Source: Streptosporangiaceae bacterium (GTDB lineage: Bacteria; Actinomycetota; Actinomycetes; Streptosporangiales; Streptosporangiaceae). Taken from it: a stretch of DNA of 52,711 nucleotides. The stretch lies in contig DATJLT010000164.1 in NCBI GenBank assembly GCA_035509195.1, positions 1 to 52,711 on the forward strand, given 5' to 3'. This document shows, piece after piece, positions 19,718 to 27,937 of this stretch. The notes below the pieces were generated by a model that saw only the letters and a list, made by a program, of their open reading frames with translations, had not been told where the DNA came from and made no database searches. The position numbers and the translations under genes were made by a program. Positions within the stretch are counted from its first letter, which is position 1, and each line of letters opens with the position of its first letter.

Positions 19718-20157
19718 GGGGGTTCCTTCCGTGCTGACCCTCCGCCGCCCGGTCCAAGGCATGCGTCGGGGCACGCCAGTAACCCGGTGACCGGTGCTCT
19801 CGCAGTCGGACGTTCTCCGGCTGCCGGTTCGGCGCGTGTCTCTCGGATGTTGCGTGCTAACGCGGCACGCGCCTCGCTGGTTCAGCGCGGCGGCTGTGAC
19901 AAGTGCGCGGGGGTGCGCCCGGCCCAGCCAGCCTAAGCAAGCGGGAAGTACCTCGACCTGAATGGGGGTTCAGGTCAGCTCCCCGGCGGGGGTTACATCC
20001 AGTAACGCAGCAACCACTCGGTTGCATTCCAGCCCCGCCACCGTGATCCGGATCACGCGCTTGCCCGCAAAGGCGGATCAAGCAGGCCGGCCACGCGGGC
20101 ATACTGAGGAGTTGCCGGGGTAGCCGCGGCGTCGAGCAGAGTCAGGCTGGAGGCAAC

Positions 20158-21471
20158 GTGCTGCGCACAGGTAAGTCGTCAGGGCGAAGGCCGCTGCTGA
20201 CCTTGGCCGCGATCTGCGCGGTCGGTTTGGTCGCCGCGGGCTGCCAGTTGTCGAACTCGGCGACCGGCGGCTCAGGAGGCTCTGGCGGCGGAGGTACGGC
20301 GCCGAAGAGCACGGGCAAGCCGACCCCGTCAAAGACCCCGAGCACCGGCATCGCGATAACCCCCGCCGACGGCAGCACGAACGTGAACCCGGCGCAGGGA
20401 ATCACTGTCACCGGCACCCAGGGCAGCAAGATCAAGAGCGTCCTCGTCACCGGTGACCAGGTCACCGGTACCCTCAACTCGGCCGGCACCAACTGGCACA
20501 GTCAGTGGACCCTCCCGGTCGATTCCACCCTCACGGTCGCGGTCACAGGCACCACCTCTTCAGGTCAGACGGTTCACCAGACGAGCACGTTCAAGACGCT
20601 GAACCCCAAGAACACGTTCCAGACCGAGATCTTCGAGGGCTACCAGCGGCAGTACGGCGTCGGCATGCCGATCATCCTGACCTTCAATCATCCCATCACC
20701 AATAAGAAGGCCGTAGAGAGCGCGCTGGTCCTGTCCACCTCCAAGCCGGTTGTCGGCGCCTGGTACTGGGACAACAGCCAGACCCTGATCTTCAGGCCAC
20801 GTCAGTACTGGCAGCCGGACACCAGGATCAGCTTCACCGGGCACCTGAACGGTGTCGAAGGCGCGCCGGGAATGTATGGCTTCCACACCCTCACGCAGCA
20901 GTTCCACATCGGGCAGTCCCTGATCGTGGTGGCCAGCACCCGCACCCACCACATGAAGCTGTACAAGGACGGCAAGCTGTACAGGACCTGGCCGATCAGT
21001 TCTGGCCGCCCCGGCGACGCGACCCCGAACGGCACGTACCTGACCATCGACAAGGGCAACCCGGTCCTGATGAAGGGACCCGGCTACCGCATCGAGGTCC
21101 CCTGGTCGGTGCGTTTCACGTGGTCGGGCGACTACCTGCACGATGCCTACTGGTCGGTCGGTGAACAGGGCTTCACCAACGTCAGCCATGGCTGCGTCAA
21201 CATGCCTCCAGCCGACGCGGAGATCTACTACAAGATCGCCGTGCCTGGCGATCCGGTAACCGTCGTAGGCAGCCCGAAGCCAGGGGTGCCAGACAACGGC
21301 TGGACCTGGTGGTTCCTGAGCTGGCAGCAGCTTCTCGACGGCAGTTCGCTCCATGAGGCCGTCGTGGCCAAGCCTGGCGGCAGCACGTTCGTCAGCCCGG
21401 CGACGGTCACCTCGGCGACCGGGTCAGCTCCGGTTGACCGGCCCTGGCCGAATAACGCTTTCGCCGGCTGA
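20158..21471 (+). CDS. L,D-transpeptidase lipoprotein (YkuD domain)
   Basis: 437 aa. Lipobox LVAAGC, Ig-like N-terminal domains, and the catalytic motif SHGCVNM. GGAGG lies upstream of the GTG start. Confidence 0.85.
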   Translation: MLRTGKSSGRRPLLTLAAICAVGLVAAGCQLSNSATGGSGGSGGGGTAPKSTGKPTPSKTPSTGIAITPADGSTNVNPAQGITVTGTQGSKIKSVLVTGDQVTGTLNSAGTNWHSQWTLPVDSTLTVAVTGTTSSGQTVHQTSTFKTLNPKNTFQTEIFEGYQRQYGVGMPIILTFNHPITNKKAVESALVLSTSKPVVGAWYWDNSQTLIFRPRQYWQPDTRISFTGHLNGVEGAPGMYGFHTLTQQFHIGQSLIVVASTRTHHMKLYKDGKLYRTWPISSGRPGDATPNGTYLTIDKGNPVLMKGPGYRIEVPWSVRFTWSGDYLHDAYWSVGEQGFTNVSHGCVNMPPADAEIYYKIAVPGDPVTVVGSPKPGVPDNGWTWWFLSWQQLLDGSSLHEAVVAKPGGSTFVSPATVTSATGSAPVDRPWPNNAFAG

Positions 21472-22987
21472 TGTCAGAAATCTCTTTCGCTCTGCCAATA
21501 AGCACCAAAAGGACTGTCGCGATCGCGAACCACGGCACGTAGTCGCCGTAGCGTACGAACGGGGTGCGCACCGAAGCTGGCGGAAGCGCGACCGTGACCT
21601 TGAGCACGCCGTGCTCGCCCGATCCGAGCCAGCCAAGTTCCCGCCCCCGGCTGTCGAACGCGGCCGAGTCCCCGGTCAGCGCCGCCTGCACGGCCGGCCT
21701 GCCAGTTTCTGCCGCCCGGAGCGCGGACAGCGAAGCGTGCTGCTCGAGCGCCCAGCTTCCCTGGAAAGTGGAGTCGGATGTCTGGTAGATGATGACCTGG
21801 GCGCCGTGGCTGGTGTCGACCGATGACATGTCGGGGAACGAGGACTCAAAGCAGATAAGCACGCCGAACGTGAGCCGGCGCCCGTCGGGCAGCGTCGTGG
21901 TGAGGTCATGGGCGCCGCGCCCGGCGATCATGTTCTCTGGTGCGGCCTTGCTTATGCCGGTGAGCCAGCCGAGTACCGGCCTGAACGGAATGTACTCACC
22001 GAACGGGACCAGCCTGGTCTTGATGTAGGTGCCCTCGATGCCGTCACGGCCGATGAGGACCGCGACCTTGGACTTGGCCCCGGACGGGCTCAGCGCGTCC
22101 TGATCGACCAGCAGCGGGGTCTTTACCTGGTCAGAGAGCTTGATGAGCCGGTGCAGGATCGCGTGCTGCGTGTAGAGGTCATAGCCGACGCTGCTCTCGC
22201 CCCACACGATGAGCTCGGCGCCGTGCGTGCTCGACCTGGTGAGCCTGACCTCGGCGGCCAGCCTCCTGGTCGGCCCGTTTTGCAGGCCAGGCTGCACAAG
22301 CGCCAGCGTGAGGTGCCCCGTGGGCCGCACCGAGTACTCGCTGGCCGTGAGCGCGAACGCAGCCGGCCCGGCCGCGATCGCGATCACGGCAGCAGCCGCG
22401 CCGATCGCCCGGCCGGTAAGCCGGCCGGAGACCAGGACGATCGTGATCGCCGTGTTGGCGGCGACGAGCACGAAACTGATCAGCCAGATACCGCCCACAG
22501 CGGCAAGCGAGAGCACGACGGGATGCTGCCACTGGCTGGCGCCGAACACCGCCCAGGGTCCGCCGATGCCCTGCCATGACCTGATCCAGTCGGTCACGAC
22601 CCAGATGGCAGGCAGCACGACCAGCGCGGCGAGCGCCTGCCTGATCGTCGGGGTGCCCTTGAGCAGCCGCCAGGCGGCGTAGCCGAACCCCGCCCAGGGC
22701 AGTCCGAGCACGATGCACACGAGCAGCAGCCCAGGACCAAGGTTGGGCGTCAGCCAGTACAGCGCGGCGAGCAGGTAGCCGGTGCCGAACCACCAGCCGC
22801 GGAAGAACGCCTCACGGCCGGTCGGCGCGGCGCGCATCAGGAGCAGTCCTGGCACCAGCCCGAACCAGGCGACCCACTCCAGGTTCAGGTCGGGGAACGC
22901 GAGAACCGGGATCGCGCCCGCGACCAGAGCGGCGTACCTGAGAGGCTGCGCAAAGGTGTCTGCGATCCAGCCGCGCCAGAAGCCCAC
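21407..22987 (-). CDS. lnt: apolipoprotein N-acyltransferase (paralogue 1)
   Basis: 526 aa. Multi-TM N-terminus plus a CN-hydrolase domain (WGESS..., LVPFGEYIP, LICFESSFPD). Its 3' end overlaps the convergent ldt gene by 65 nt. Confidence 0.85.
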   Translation of the reverse strand: MGFWRGWIADTFAQPLRYAALVAGAIPVLAFPDLNLEWVAWFGLVPGLLLMRAAPTGREAFFRGWWFGTGYLLAALYWLTPNLGPGLLLVCIVLGLPWAGFGYAAWRLLKGTPTIRQALAALVVLPAIWVVTDWIRSWQGIGGPWAVFGASQWQHPVVLSLAAVGGIWLISFVLVAANTAITIVLVSGRLTGRAIGAAAAVIAIAAGPAAFALTASEYSVRPTGHLTLALVQPGLQNGPTRRLAAEVRLTRSSTHGAELIVWGESSVGYDLYTQHAILHRLIKLSDQVKTPLLVDQDALSPSGAKSKVAVLIGRDGIEGTYIKTRLVPFGEYIPFRPVLGWLTGISKAAPENMIAGRGAHDLTTTLPDGRRLTFGVLICFESSFPDMSSVDTSHGAQVIIYQTSDSTFQGSWALEQHASLSALRAAETGRPAVQAALTGDSAAFDSRGRELGWLGSGEHGVLKVTVALPPASVRTPFVRYGDYVPWFAIATVLLVLIGRAKEISDISRRKRYSARAGQPELTRSPR

Positions 22988-23007
22988 ACCTCTATTTTTA
23001 CTCGTAC

Positions 23008-23748
23008 TCAGCGCGGGCTCAGCACGCAGAACTCCTGCCCGTCAGCGTCGCTCAAGACAACCCAGGTCACGTCCGGTCCCTGCCCGATGTCTGCGAGCTT
23101 GGCCCCGGCGGCCTTGAGCCGTTCCACCTCGGCGGCGACGCTTCCGTCCGCGTAAGGCGCCACGTCGAGGTGCACCCGGTTCTTGACTCGCTTGGGGTCG
23201 GCGGAAGGCAGCATCTCGAGGAAAGGTCCCGCGTTGTCCGGCGACCTGAGCGGGATCAGGCCCTCGTCAGGCTCGCCCACGGTCCAGCCCGCAGCCGCCG
23301 TCCAGAAGCGTGCCATCGTCGACGGGCTTGCGCAGTCGACCACGACGGCCGCGACCGGCCCGGTGCCGGTGTACTCCGCTCGCGGCTCGAGCACGCAGAA
23401 CTCGTTGCCGAACGGGTCAGCCATCACTTCCCACGGGACGTTGCCCTGCCCGATGTCGATCTTCACCGCGCCAAGTCCGAGCAGCCGCCCGACGATCTCC
23501 GCCTGGTCCTCAGGCGAGGCCGAATTCAGGTCCAGGTGGATCCGGTTCTTAACGGTCTTCGGCTCGGCCACGCGCACGAACACCAGCGGCAGCGCCGAGC
23601 TGCCCGGATACACGAACCCAGCCGGCGCCACGGAAGCCTCGTCATCGTCCTCGATCTCGGCCTCCCAGCCGAGCGCCGCCGCCCAGAACTCCGCCGCCGC
23701 CCGAGGATCAGCCGCATCGATCACCATGTGCACTAGTCGCGTCGCCAC
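23008..23748 (-). CDS. two-domain VOC/glyoxalase family protein
   Basis: 246 aa with a duplicated module (RIHLDL...DPFGNEFCVLEPR and RVHLDV...DADGQEFCVLSPR). Only 20 nt upstream of lnt on the same strand. The start could alternatively be ATG 23727. Confidence 0.8.
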   Translation of the reverse strand: MATRLVHMVIDAADPRAAAEFWAAALGWEAEIEDDDEASVAPAGFVYPGSSALPLVFVRVAEPKTVKNRIHLDLNSASPEDQAEIVGRLLGLGAVKIDIGQGNVPWEVMADPFGNEFCVLEPRAEYTGTGPVAAVVVDCASPSTMARFWTAAAGWTVGEPDEGLIPLRSPDNAGPFLEMLPSADPKRVKNRVHLDVAPYADGSVAAEVERLKAAGAKLADIGQGPDVTWVVLSDADGQEFCVLSPR

Positions 23749-23751
23749 TCA

Positions 23752-23783
23752 GTAATTCTGACCCATCGTAATTCTGACCCATC
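23752..23783. repeat. perfect 16-bp tandem duplication GTAATTCTGACCCATC x2
   Basis: Read directly. It sits immediately 5' of the VOC gene start and at the left edge of the atypical-codon cassette. Confidence 0.9.
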
Positions 23784-23833
23784 GTCGCCCTCGACCGCGC
23801 GCAGCCCGCCGAGGCGCCCCAAGCAGTCTTTAC

Positions 23834-23865
23834 GAGACGTCGATTCGATGTCTCTATGTTATACT
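23834..23865 (+). promoter_or_regulatory. near-perfect palindrome (candidate operator) abutting a TATACT -10-like box
   Basis: gagacgtcga-t-tcgatgtctc (23834-23854; 9 of 10 arm positions pair) is followed by tatgttatact. The TATACT at 23860-23865 ends 6 nt before ATG 23872, which would give a leaderless or near-leaderless transcript. Confidence 0.35.
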
Positions 23866-23871
23866 GTGAAA

Positions 23872-24657
23872 ATGACCTTGATCGTGCCCTGGCCGGTGGT
23901 GACTCGGGACCGTATCGTGCGTGCCTTCAGGCCCGGCGTTTTGGCGACGTCCGAAGCGCCGTTCCGGACGTTGCGGCGTCACGGATGGGTCAGCACAGGT
24001 GTGCGAGTGGCTCGTCATGGCGATCGCGGGCTGGCAGGTCAGATGACGATTTTCAGTTCGCTCAACGTTGTGGCGGCGCGGCTCGCTCGGCGCGGGGATG
24101 CTTCGGCGGCCGAGCGAGTGGCTAGCGCGGCGGCGAGCCTGGAGTCAGGTGAAGAATTCGCTGGACTTCGCCGCTTGTTGTCGGCTCTGCCTAGCCACGA
24201 AGCGGAGCGAGTCGTTGCGGGAGATCTTCCGGCGGATCGCGCCCCGCTGGCAGAGATGATTCGCGCTCTAGCGAATCACACCGAGCAGGCGCGGCCGGGC
24301 GATATCATGCTGACGTCGCCAGCTGAAGTGATTTTCGCTGGCCAGATTGCCGAGCTAACCGATGCGCTCGTGGTGCTGGTGCAGGCGCCCGGTTCGACCA
24401 CGATCGTGCCTCGGTGGATGGCAAACGCCGCTCATCGAGACCAAGTGGGAGAGTTTCTCGCACTGGTCGCCGATCAGATCGACGGTGCGAGCGCGGTCGT
24501 AGAGGCGGTTCCCGCGATTGATGTGCCTGCTGCTAGGTTCAGCCCTTTCGGCCGCGGTGATAACCGGGCGACGGCGATTACCGCCGACGACGTGCGGCTT
24601 CTCTCCGGAGAGCCGGAGCCGCTACGGATTCTCATTCCAGTGACGATCGAAGAATGA
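23872..24657 (+). CDS. hypothetical protein, no recognisable family (first gene of a two-gene cassette)
   Basis: Track ORF 23848..24657. ATG 23872 is favoured because of the upstream -10-like box. Codon third positions are visibly less GC-biased than in neighbouring genes. The stop overlaps the next ATG (ATGA at 24654-24657). Confidence 0.55.
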   Translation: MTLIVPWPVVTRDRIVRAFRPGVLATSEAPFRTLRRHGWVSTGVRVARHGDRGLAGQMTIFSSLNVVAARLARRGDASAAERVASAAASLESGEEFAGLRRLLSALPSHEAERVVAGDLPADRAPLAEMIRALANHTEQARPGDIMLTSPAEVIFAGQIAELTDALVVLVQAPGSTTIVPRWMANAAHRDQVGEFLALVADQIDGASAVVEAVPAIDVPAARFSPFGRGDNRATAITADDVRLLSGEPEPLRILIPVTIEE

Positions 24658-25088
24658 CCGAACCCGAGTGGCACATTCGCCAGGGAAATCCAGGTGATCG
24701 TGAACTGCTCAGGTCATTTGCCTGTGCGAATTCATCAGCTACCTGGCAATGCGAGGTCGAACGGTATATCCAGGTGCAGCTAATTGACTGGGCGTTCGAT
24801 CCGCACGCCGCCGAGGCGGATCCGCGGTTGCTGCTGGGTTTCAGCACATCCGGAGAGCTCTTCGGCGTCGCTGCTCACGAGAAGGTCCGCCTGCGAGAAG
24901 GTAACGGGGCAGTCATCCATGCGACGAAGATCGAGGTTGTTGCACTGGCGCCGAAGTGGCAAGGACGTTCTTTCTCCGAAGGTTCGCGCATCAGTGATGT
25001 CCTGATGTCCGCTCTGCTGGCTGACATTAGCGCGCGTCCCGACGCCAGCTATCGCAGATTGGTCACCCCACGCGCGCAGTCGAGCTAG
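24654..25088 (+). CDS. small GNAT-like acetyltransferase (toxin-like architecture?)
   Basis: 144 aa. The N-terminal LRSFACA...EVERYIQVQLIDWA resembles the F-x-C-G...L..WL opening of GNAT toxins. LAPKWQGRSFSEGSRISDVLMSALL is a degenerate motif A (Q/R-x-x-G-x-G/A). Assignment made by eye only. Confidence 0.45.
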   Translation: MTEPEWHIRQGNPGDRELLRSFACANSSATWQCEVERYIQVQLIDWAFDPHAAEADPRLLLGFSTSGELFGVAAHEKVRLREGNGAVIHATKIEVVALAPKWQGRSFSEGSRISDVLMSALLADISARPDASYRRLVTPRAQSS

Positions 25089-26677
25089 CAGCGTAGGTGC
25101 CCACGGTGTCGCTCGGCTGCGCCATAGGGCAGCGCTAGCGCCCAGATCAGGGCGAAGGTTGTCAGGGCGATGATGATTAGCTCTGGCCAGTCGCCGGCGT
25201 AGTCGGCCGGGGTGTAGGCCGACACCAGAGGTACTCGGGCCTCGAGTTCGGCACGCTGCCAGGTGCCGCTCTTGGTGATGATCGCGCCGTCGGGCGCGAT
25301 GATCGCGCTGATCCCGATCGTGGAGGCGACCGCCATCGAGCGGCCGGTGCTGATCGCGTCGATCCGCGCCATCTGCAATTGCTGCAGCGTTTCGCCGCGC
25401 TGGCCGTCAAGTTCGAAGTCGGCGTCGTTGGTCTGCTCGGTCAGGAGGTTGGCTCCTGCGGTGACCTCGGAGCGCACGAGGTTGTCGAAGCCGACCTCGT
25501 AGCAGATCACGTCGCCGAGCCTGATCTTCCCGATGTGGAACACCACTGCCTTGTGCCCGGCCCTGAAGTTAACCGGCTGCAAGGTCGGCAGCGAAGTGAA
25601 GTGCGCAAGGAAGTGCCTGAAGGGTATGACCTCGCCGAACGGCACCAGCTTGCGCTTGATGTACTCCTGCACAGGGCCGCGGTTCGGCAGCCAGAGCTGG
25701 CCCGCGTTGCGTACATGGTGAGCGAGCACGGCACCGACAAGCACCGGGCGGTTGATCGCGTCGACGGCCAGGGCGATCGTGTCGTACGTCGGCGGCGAGT
25801 ACTTCGGGTCGACGTCTGTCGAGTTCTCCGGCCAGATCACGATGTCGGGCTCAGGCCTGCGGCCTGCCTTGATCGCGGCCGCCAGCGCGAGAGTCGCCGC
25901 GGCGTGATTCTGGGTAACTGTCGTCGCGCGTAGCTGATCGGGCAGGTTGCGAGAGTGGGGCACGTTGCCCTGGATGGTCGCGACCTCGGCGGTCGGCCCT
26001 GGGCCTGGCGACCAGTGCCAGGCCAGGTTGCCTCCGAGCACCGCGCCGAGCGCCAGCACCGCAAGCGCGGCCCTCAGCACCGTGCGCCGCACGTACAGGT
26101 ACGCCAGGCAGGCGCCGGCCAGCGCGAGCAGGAACGTGAGGAACGGCGGCCCGCCGATCGCCGACCAGCCGGCCGTCGGCGCCGAGGCTTGGCTCATCAC
26201 CAGCCGTCCCCATGGGAAGCCGCCGAACGGCCACCTGTCGTGCAGCCCCTCCTGCGCTACCCACCACCCGGCGACGGCCAGCGGCCAGCCAGGCAGCCTG
26301 AGCAGCGGCGGCAGCGCGAGCGTCAGCACGGCGAAGATCAGCGCTTCGATGACGGCCAGCGTGATCCAGGCGTACCAGGCGACATTCACCAGCCAGCAAA
26401 GAAGCCCGATGAAGAACACCGCGCCGCAGGCGAGCCCGAGACCGAAGGCGGCGAGCGGTCGCTTGCCGCGGACGGCGAGCACCAAAAGCGCGGGGCCGAC
26501 GATGGCCAGTGGCCAGACGCCGACCGGCGGGAACGCTCCCGCGAGCGCGAGACCGGCCGCGAGGGCGGCCGCCAGCGACCACCACGCGCTCAGGCCAGGC
26601 CGCTCAGCTTCGGGGACCAGCGGCCTGGTCAGGCCAATTCTCTGCCTGACCGGTGCGGTCGCGCCGGCGGTACGCAA
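25085..26677 (-). CDS. lnt: apolipoprotein N-acyltransferase (paralogue 2)
   Basis: Multi-TM N-terminus plus a CN-hydrolase domain (IVIWPENSTD, LVPFGEVIP, VICYEVGFD). Start set at TTG 26677, preceded by AGGAG. The 697-aa track ORF (to 27178) is an upstream read-through that overlaps the divergent EamA gene. Confidence 0.8.
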   Translation of the reverse strand: MRTAGATAPVRQRIGLTRPLVPEAERPGLSAWWSLAAALAAGLALAGAFPPVGVWPLAIVGPALLVLAVRGKRPLAAFGLGLACGAVFFIGLLCWLVNVAWYAWITLAVIEALIFAVLTLALPPLLRLPGWPLAVAGWWVAQEGLHDRWPFGGFPWGRLVMSQASAPTAGWSAIGGPPFLTFLLALAGACLAYLYVRRTVLRAALAVLALGAVLGGNLAWHWSPGPGPTAEVATIQGNVPHSRNLPDQLRATTVTQNHAAATLALAAAIKAGRRPEPDIVIWPENSTDVDPKYSPPTYDTIALAVDAINRPVLVGAVLAHHVRNAGQLWLPNRGPVQEYIKRKLVPFGEVIPFRHFLAHFTSLPTLQPVNFRAGHKAVVFHIGKIRLGDVICYEVGFDNLVRSEVTAGANLLTEQTNDADFELDGQRGETLQQLQMARIDAISTGRSMAVASTIGISAIIAPDGAIITKSGTWQRAELEARVPLVSAYTPADYAGDWPELIIIALTTFALIWALALPYGAAERHRGHLRC

Positions 26678-26806
26678 GAGCGCTCCTGGTGTTTGGTGGC
26701 GGATCGGTATTAGTTCTTGCGAGCGTATCCGCCCGCCGGAATAACGGCTGTACGCGGTGAGTATGAACTGGTAGGACTTGGGCGATACGGGGAGGTGCTG
26801 GTCAAA

Positions 26807-27751
26807 GTGAGCAGGCGGGGCCTGGCCTTGTTCGCGGCCATGAGCGTCATCTGGGGGATGCCTTACCTCCTGATCAAGATCGCCGTGGGCGGTGTCCCTG
26901 TGCCGGTCCTCGTGCTGGCTAGGGTCGCCGTCGGGGCAGCGCTGCTGCTGCCGCTCGCCTTGTTCAGGCGAACGGAAGGACGCAGCCAACTTGTCGCGCT
27001 CAAGCCGGTACTTGGCTGGGTCGCCCTGTTCGCCTGCGTGGAGATCATCATCCCCTGGTTCGTGCTTTCCGAGGCGGAACGGCACATCGCGTCCTCGCTG
27101 ACCGGGTTGCTCATCGCCTCGGTGCCGATCATCATCGCGCTGCTCAGCCTGCTGATCGGGTCTGGTGAGCGGCTGCACTGGGTGAGATGGGCGGGCTTGC
27201 TTGTCGGGCTCGCCGGGGTGGCGCTGCTGGCCGGGCCCGACCTGTTCGGGTCAGCAGCGGGCGGCGGCGTCGCCGCTGCGGTGGGCGAGGTACTGTTCGT
27301 CGCGCTGTGCTACGCGATCGGGCCGCTGATCGCCAACAACAAGCTTTCAGGCGTCCCGCCGGTCGCGATGACGGCCGCCAGCTTGTCGCTGGCCACGATC
27401 GTGTACTTGCCGCTCGGGATACTCGACTGGCCGTCGGCGGTGCCGAGCGCGAAGGTCCTGCTTTCGCTCGCCGGGCTGGCCGTGATCTGCACGGCGCTGG
27501 CCTTCTTGCTGTTCTTCGCGCTGATCGCCGACGTCGGCCCGGCACGTGCCAGCGTGATCACCTACATCAACCCTGCGATCGCCGTGTCGCTCGGAGTGGC
27601 CGTCCTCGGCGAGAAGGTCACGCCCCTGATGCTGATCGCGTTCGCCACGATCCTGGCCGGCTCCGTACTCGCGACCAGGCACGCCCGCGCCACCCGCCCT
27701 GCCCCCGCCGCAACCGCCGAAGCGCCCGTACCCGACGCCGTCAGCGGCTAG
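26807..27751 (+). CDS. EamA/DMT-family transporter
   Basis: About 10 TM segments and a duplicated EamA-type half. Start set at GTG 26807 (or 26795) after GGGGAGG; the track start is 26717. Confidence 0.8.
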   Translation: MSRRGLALFAAMSVIWGMPYLLIKIAVGGVPVPVLVLARVAVGAALLLPLALFRRTEGRSQLVALKPVLGWVALFACVEIIIPWFVLSEAERHIASSLTGLLIASVPIIIALLSLLIGSGERLHWVRWAGLLVGLAGVALLAGPDLFGSAAGGGVAAAVGEVLFVALCYAIGPLIANNKLSGVPPVAMTAASLSLATIVYLPLGILDWPSAVPSAKVLLSLAGLAVICTALAFLLFFALIADVGPARASVITYINPAIAVSLGVAVLGEKVTPLMLIAFATILAGSVLATRHARATRPAPAATAEAPVPDAVSG

Positions 27752-27760
27752 CGGTCGTAC

Positions 27761-27937
27761 GCGACAGCAACGTTGGCTCGTTGATGCTGTCCGGCGGCGA
27801 AGGGCTGCAGCAACAGTGGAACTTCGTTGTCGCGGGAACAGCGTCTCGGAGCCAGCGTTGTTGTCGCGCGTTGTTCTTGGAACGTCATCTGTGGCTCTGC
27901 GTTGCTGTTGTGCGGCAACGGGCTCTCGTCGCGATCG
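27761..27937 (+). repeat. composite hairpin intergenic element, copy B (more degenerate, extra unit)
   Basis: gacagcaacgttggctcgttgatgctgtc, ctgcagcaacagtggaacttcgttgtcgcggga, acagcgtctcggagccagcgttgttgtcgcgcg and so on. Units 2-3 are colinear with copy C units 2-3. Lies between convergent gene ends (27751 / 27938). Confidence 0.6.

Noticed and set aside
19775-20040. Confident call of a ydaO / cyclic-di-AMP riboswitch upstream of the SLT-like gene
   Set aside because: Only fragmentary resemblance was found (CTGAACC, CCGAACCGGCAGCC). The conserved ACAGCUNACCUCG core was not found by eye. It is kept only as a low-interest hypothesis that needs cmsearch.
21407-21471. The 65-nt convergent overlap of ldt and lnt (and the 11-nt ptrB overlap at 6487-6497) as evidence of a mis-called gene
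   Set aside because: Both partners have strong family signatures up to near their ends, and stops are fixed by the sequence. Convergent 3' overlaps are common in high-GC genomes, so I treated this as real but unremarkable.
26678-27178. N-terminal 167-aa extension of the second lnt ORF (track ORF 25085..27178)
   Set aside because: The extension is charged and low-complexity (QPLTRPDQQAEQRDDDRHRGDEQPGQRGRD…) and overlaps the divergent EamA gene. An in-frame TTG at 26677 with an AGGAG RBS gives a normal-length Lnt.
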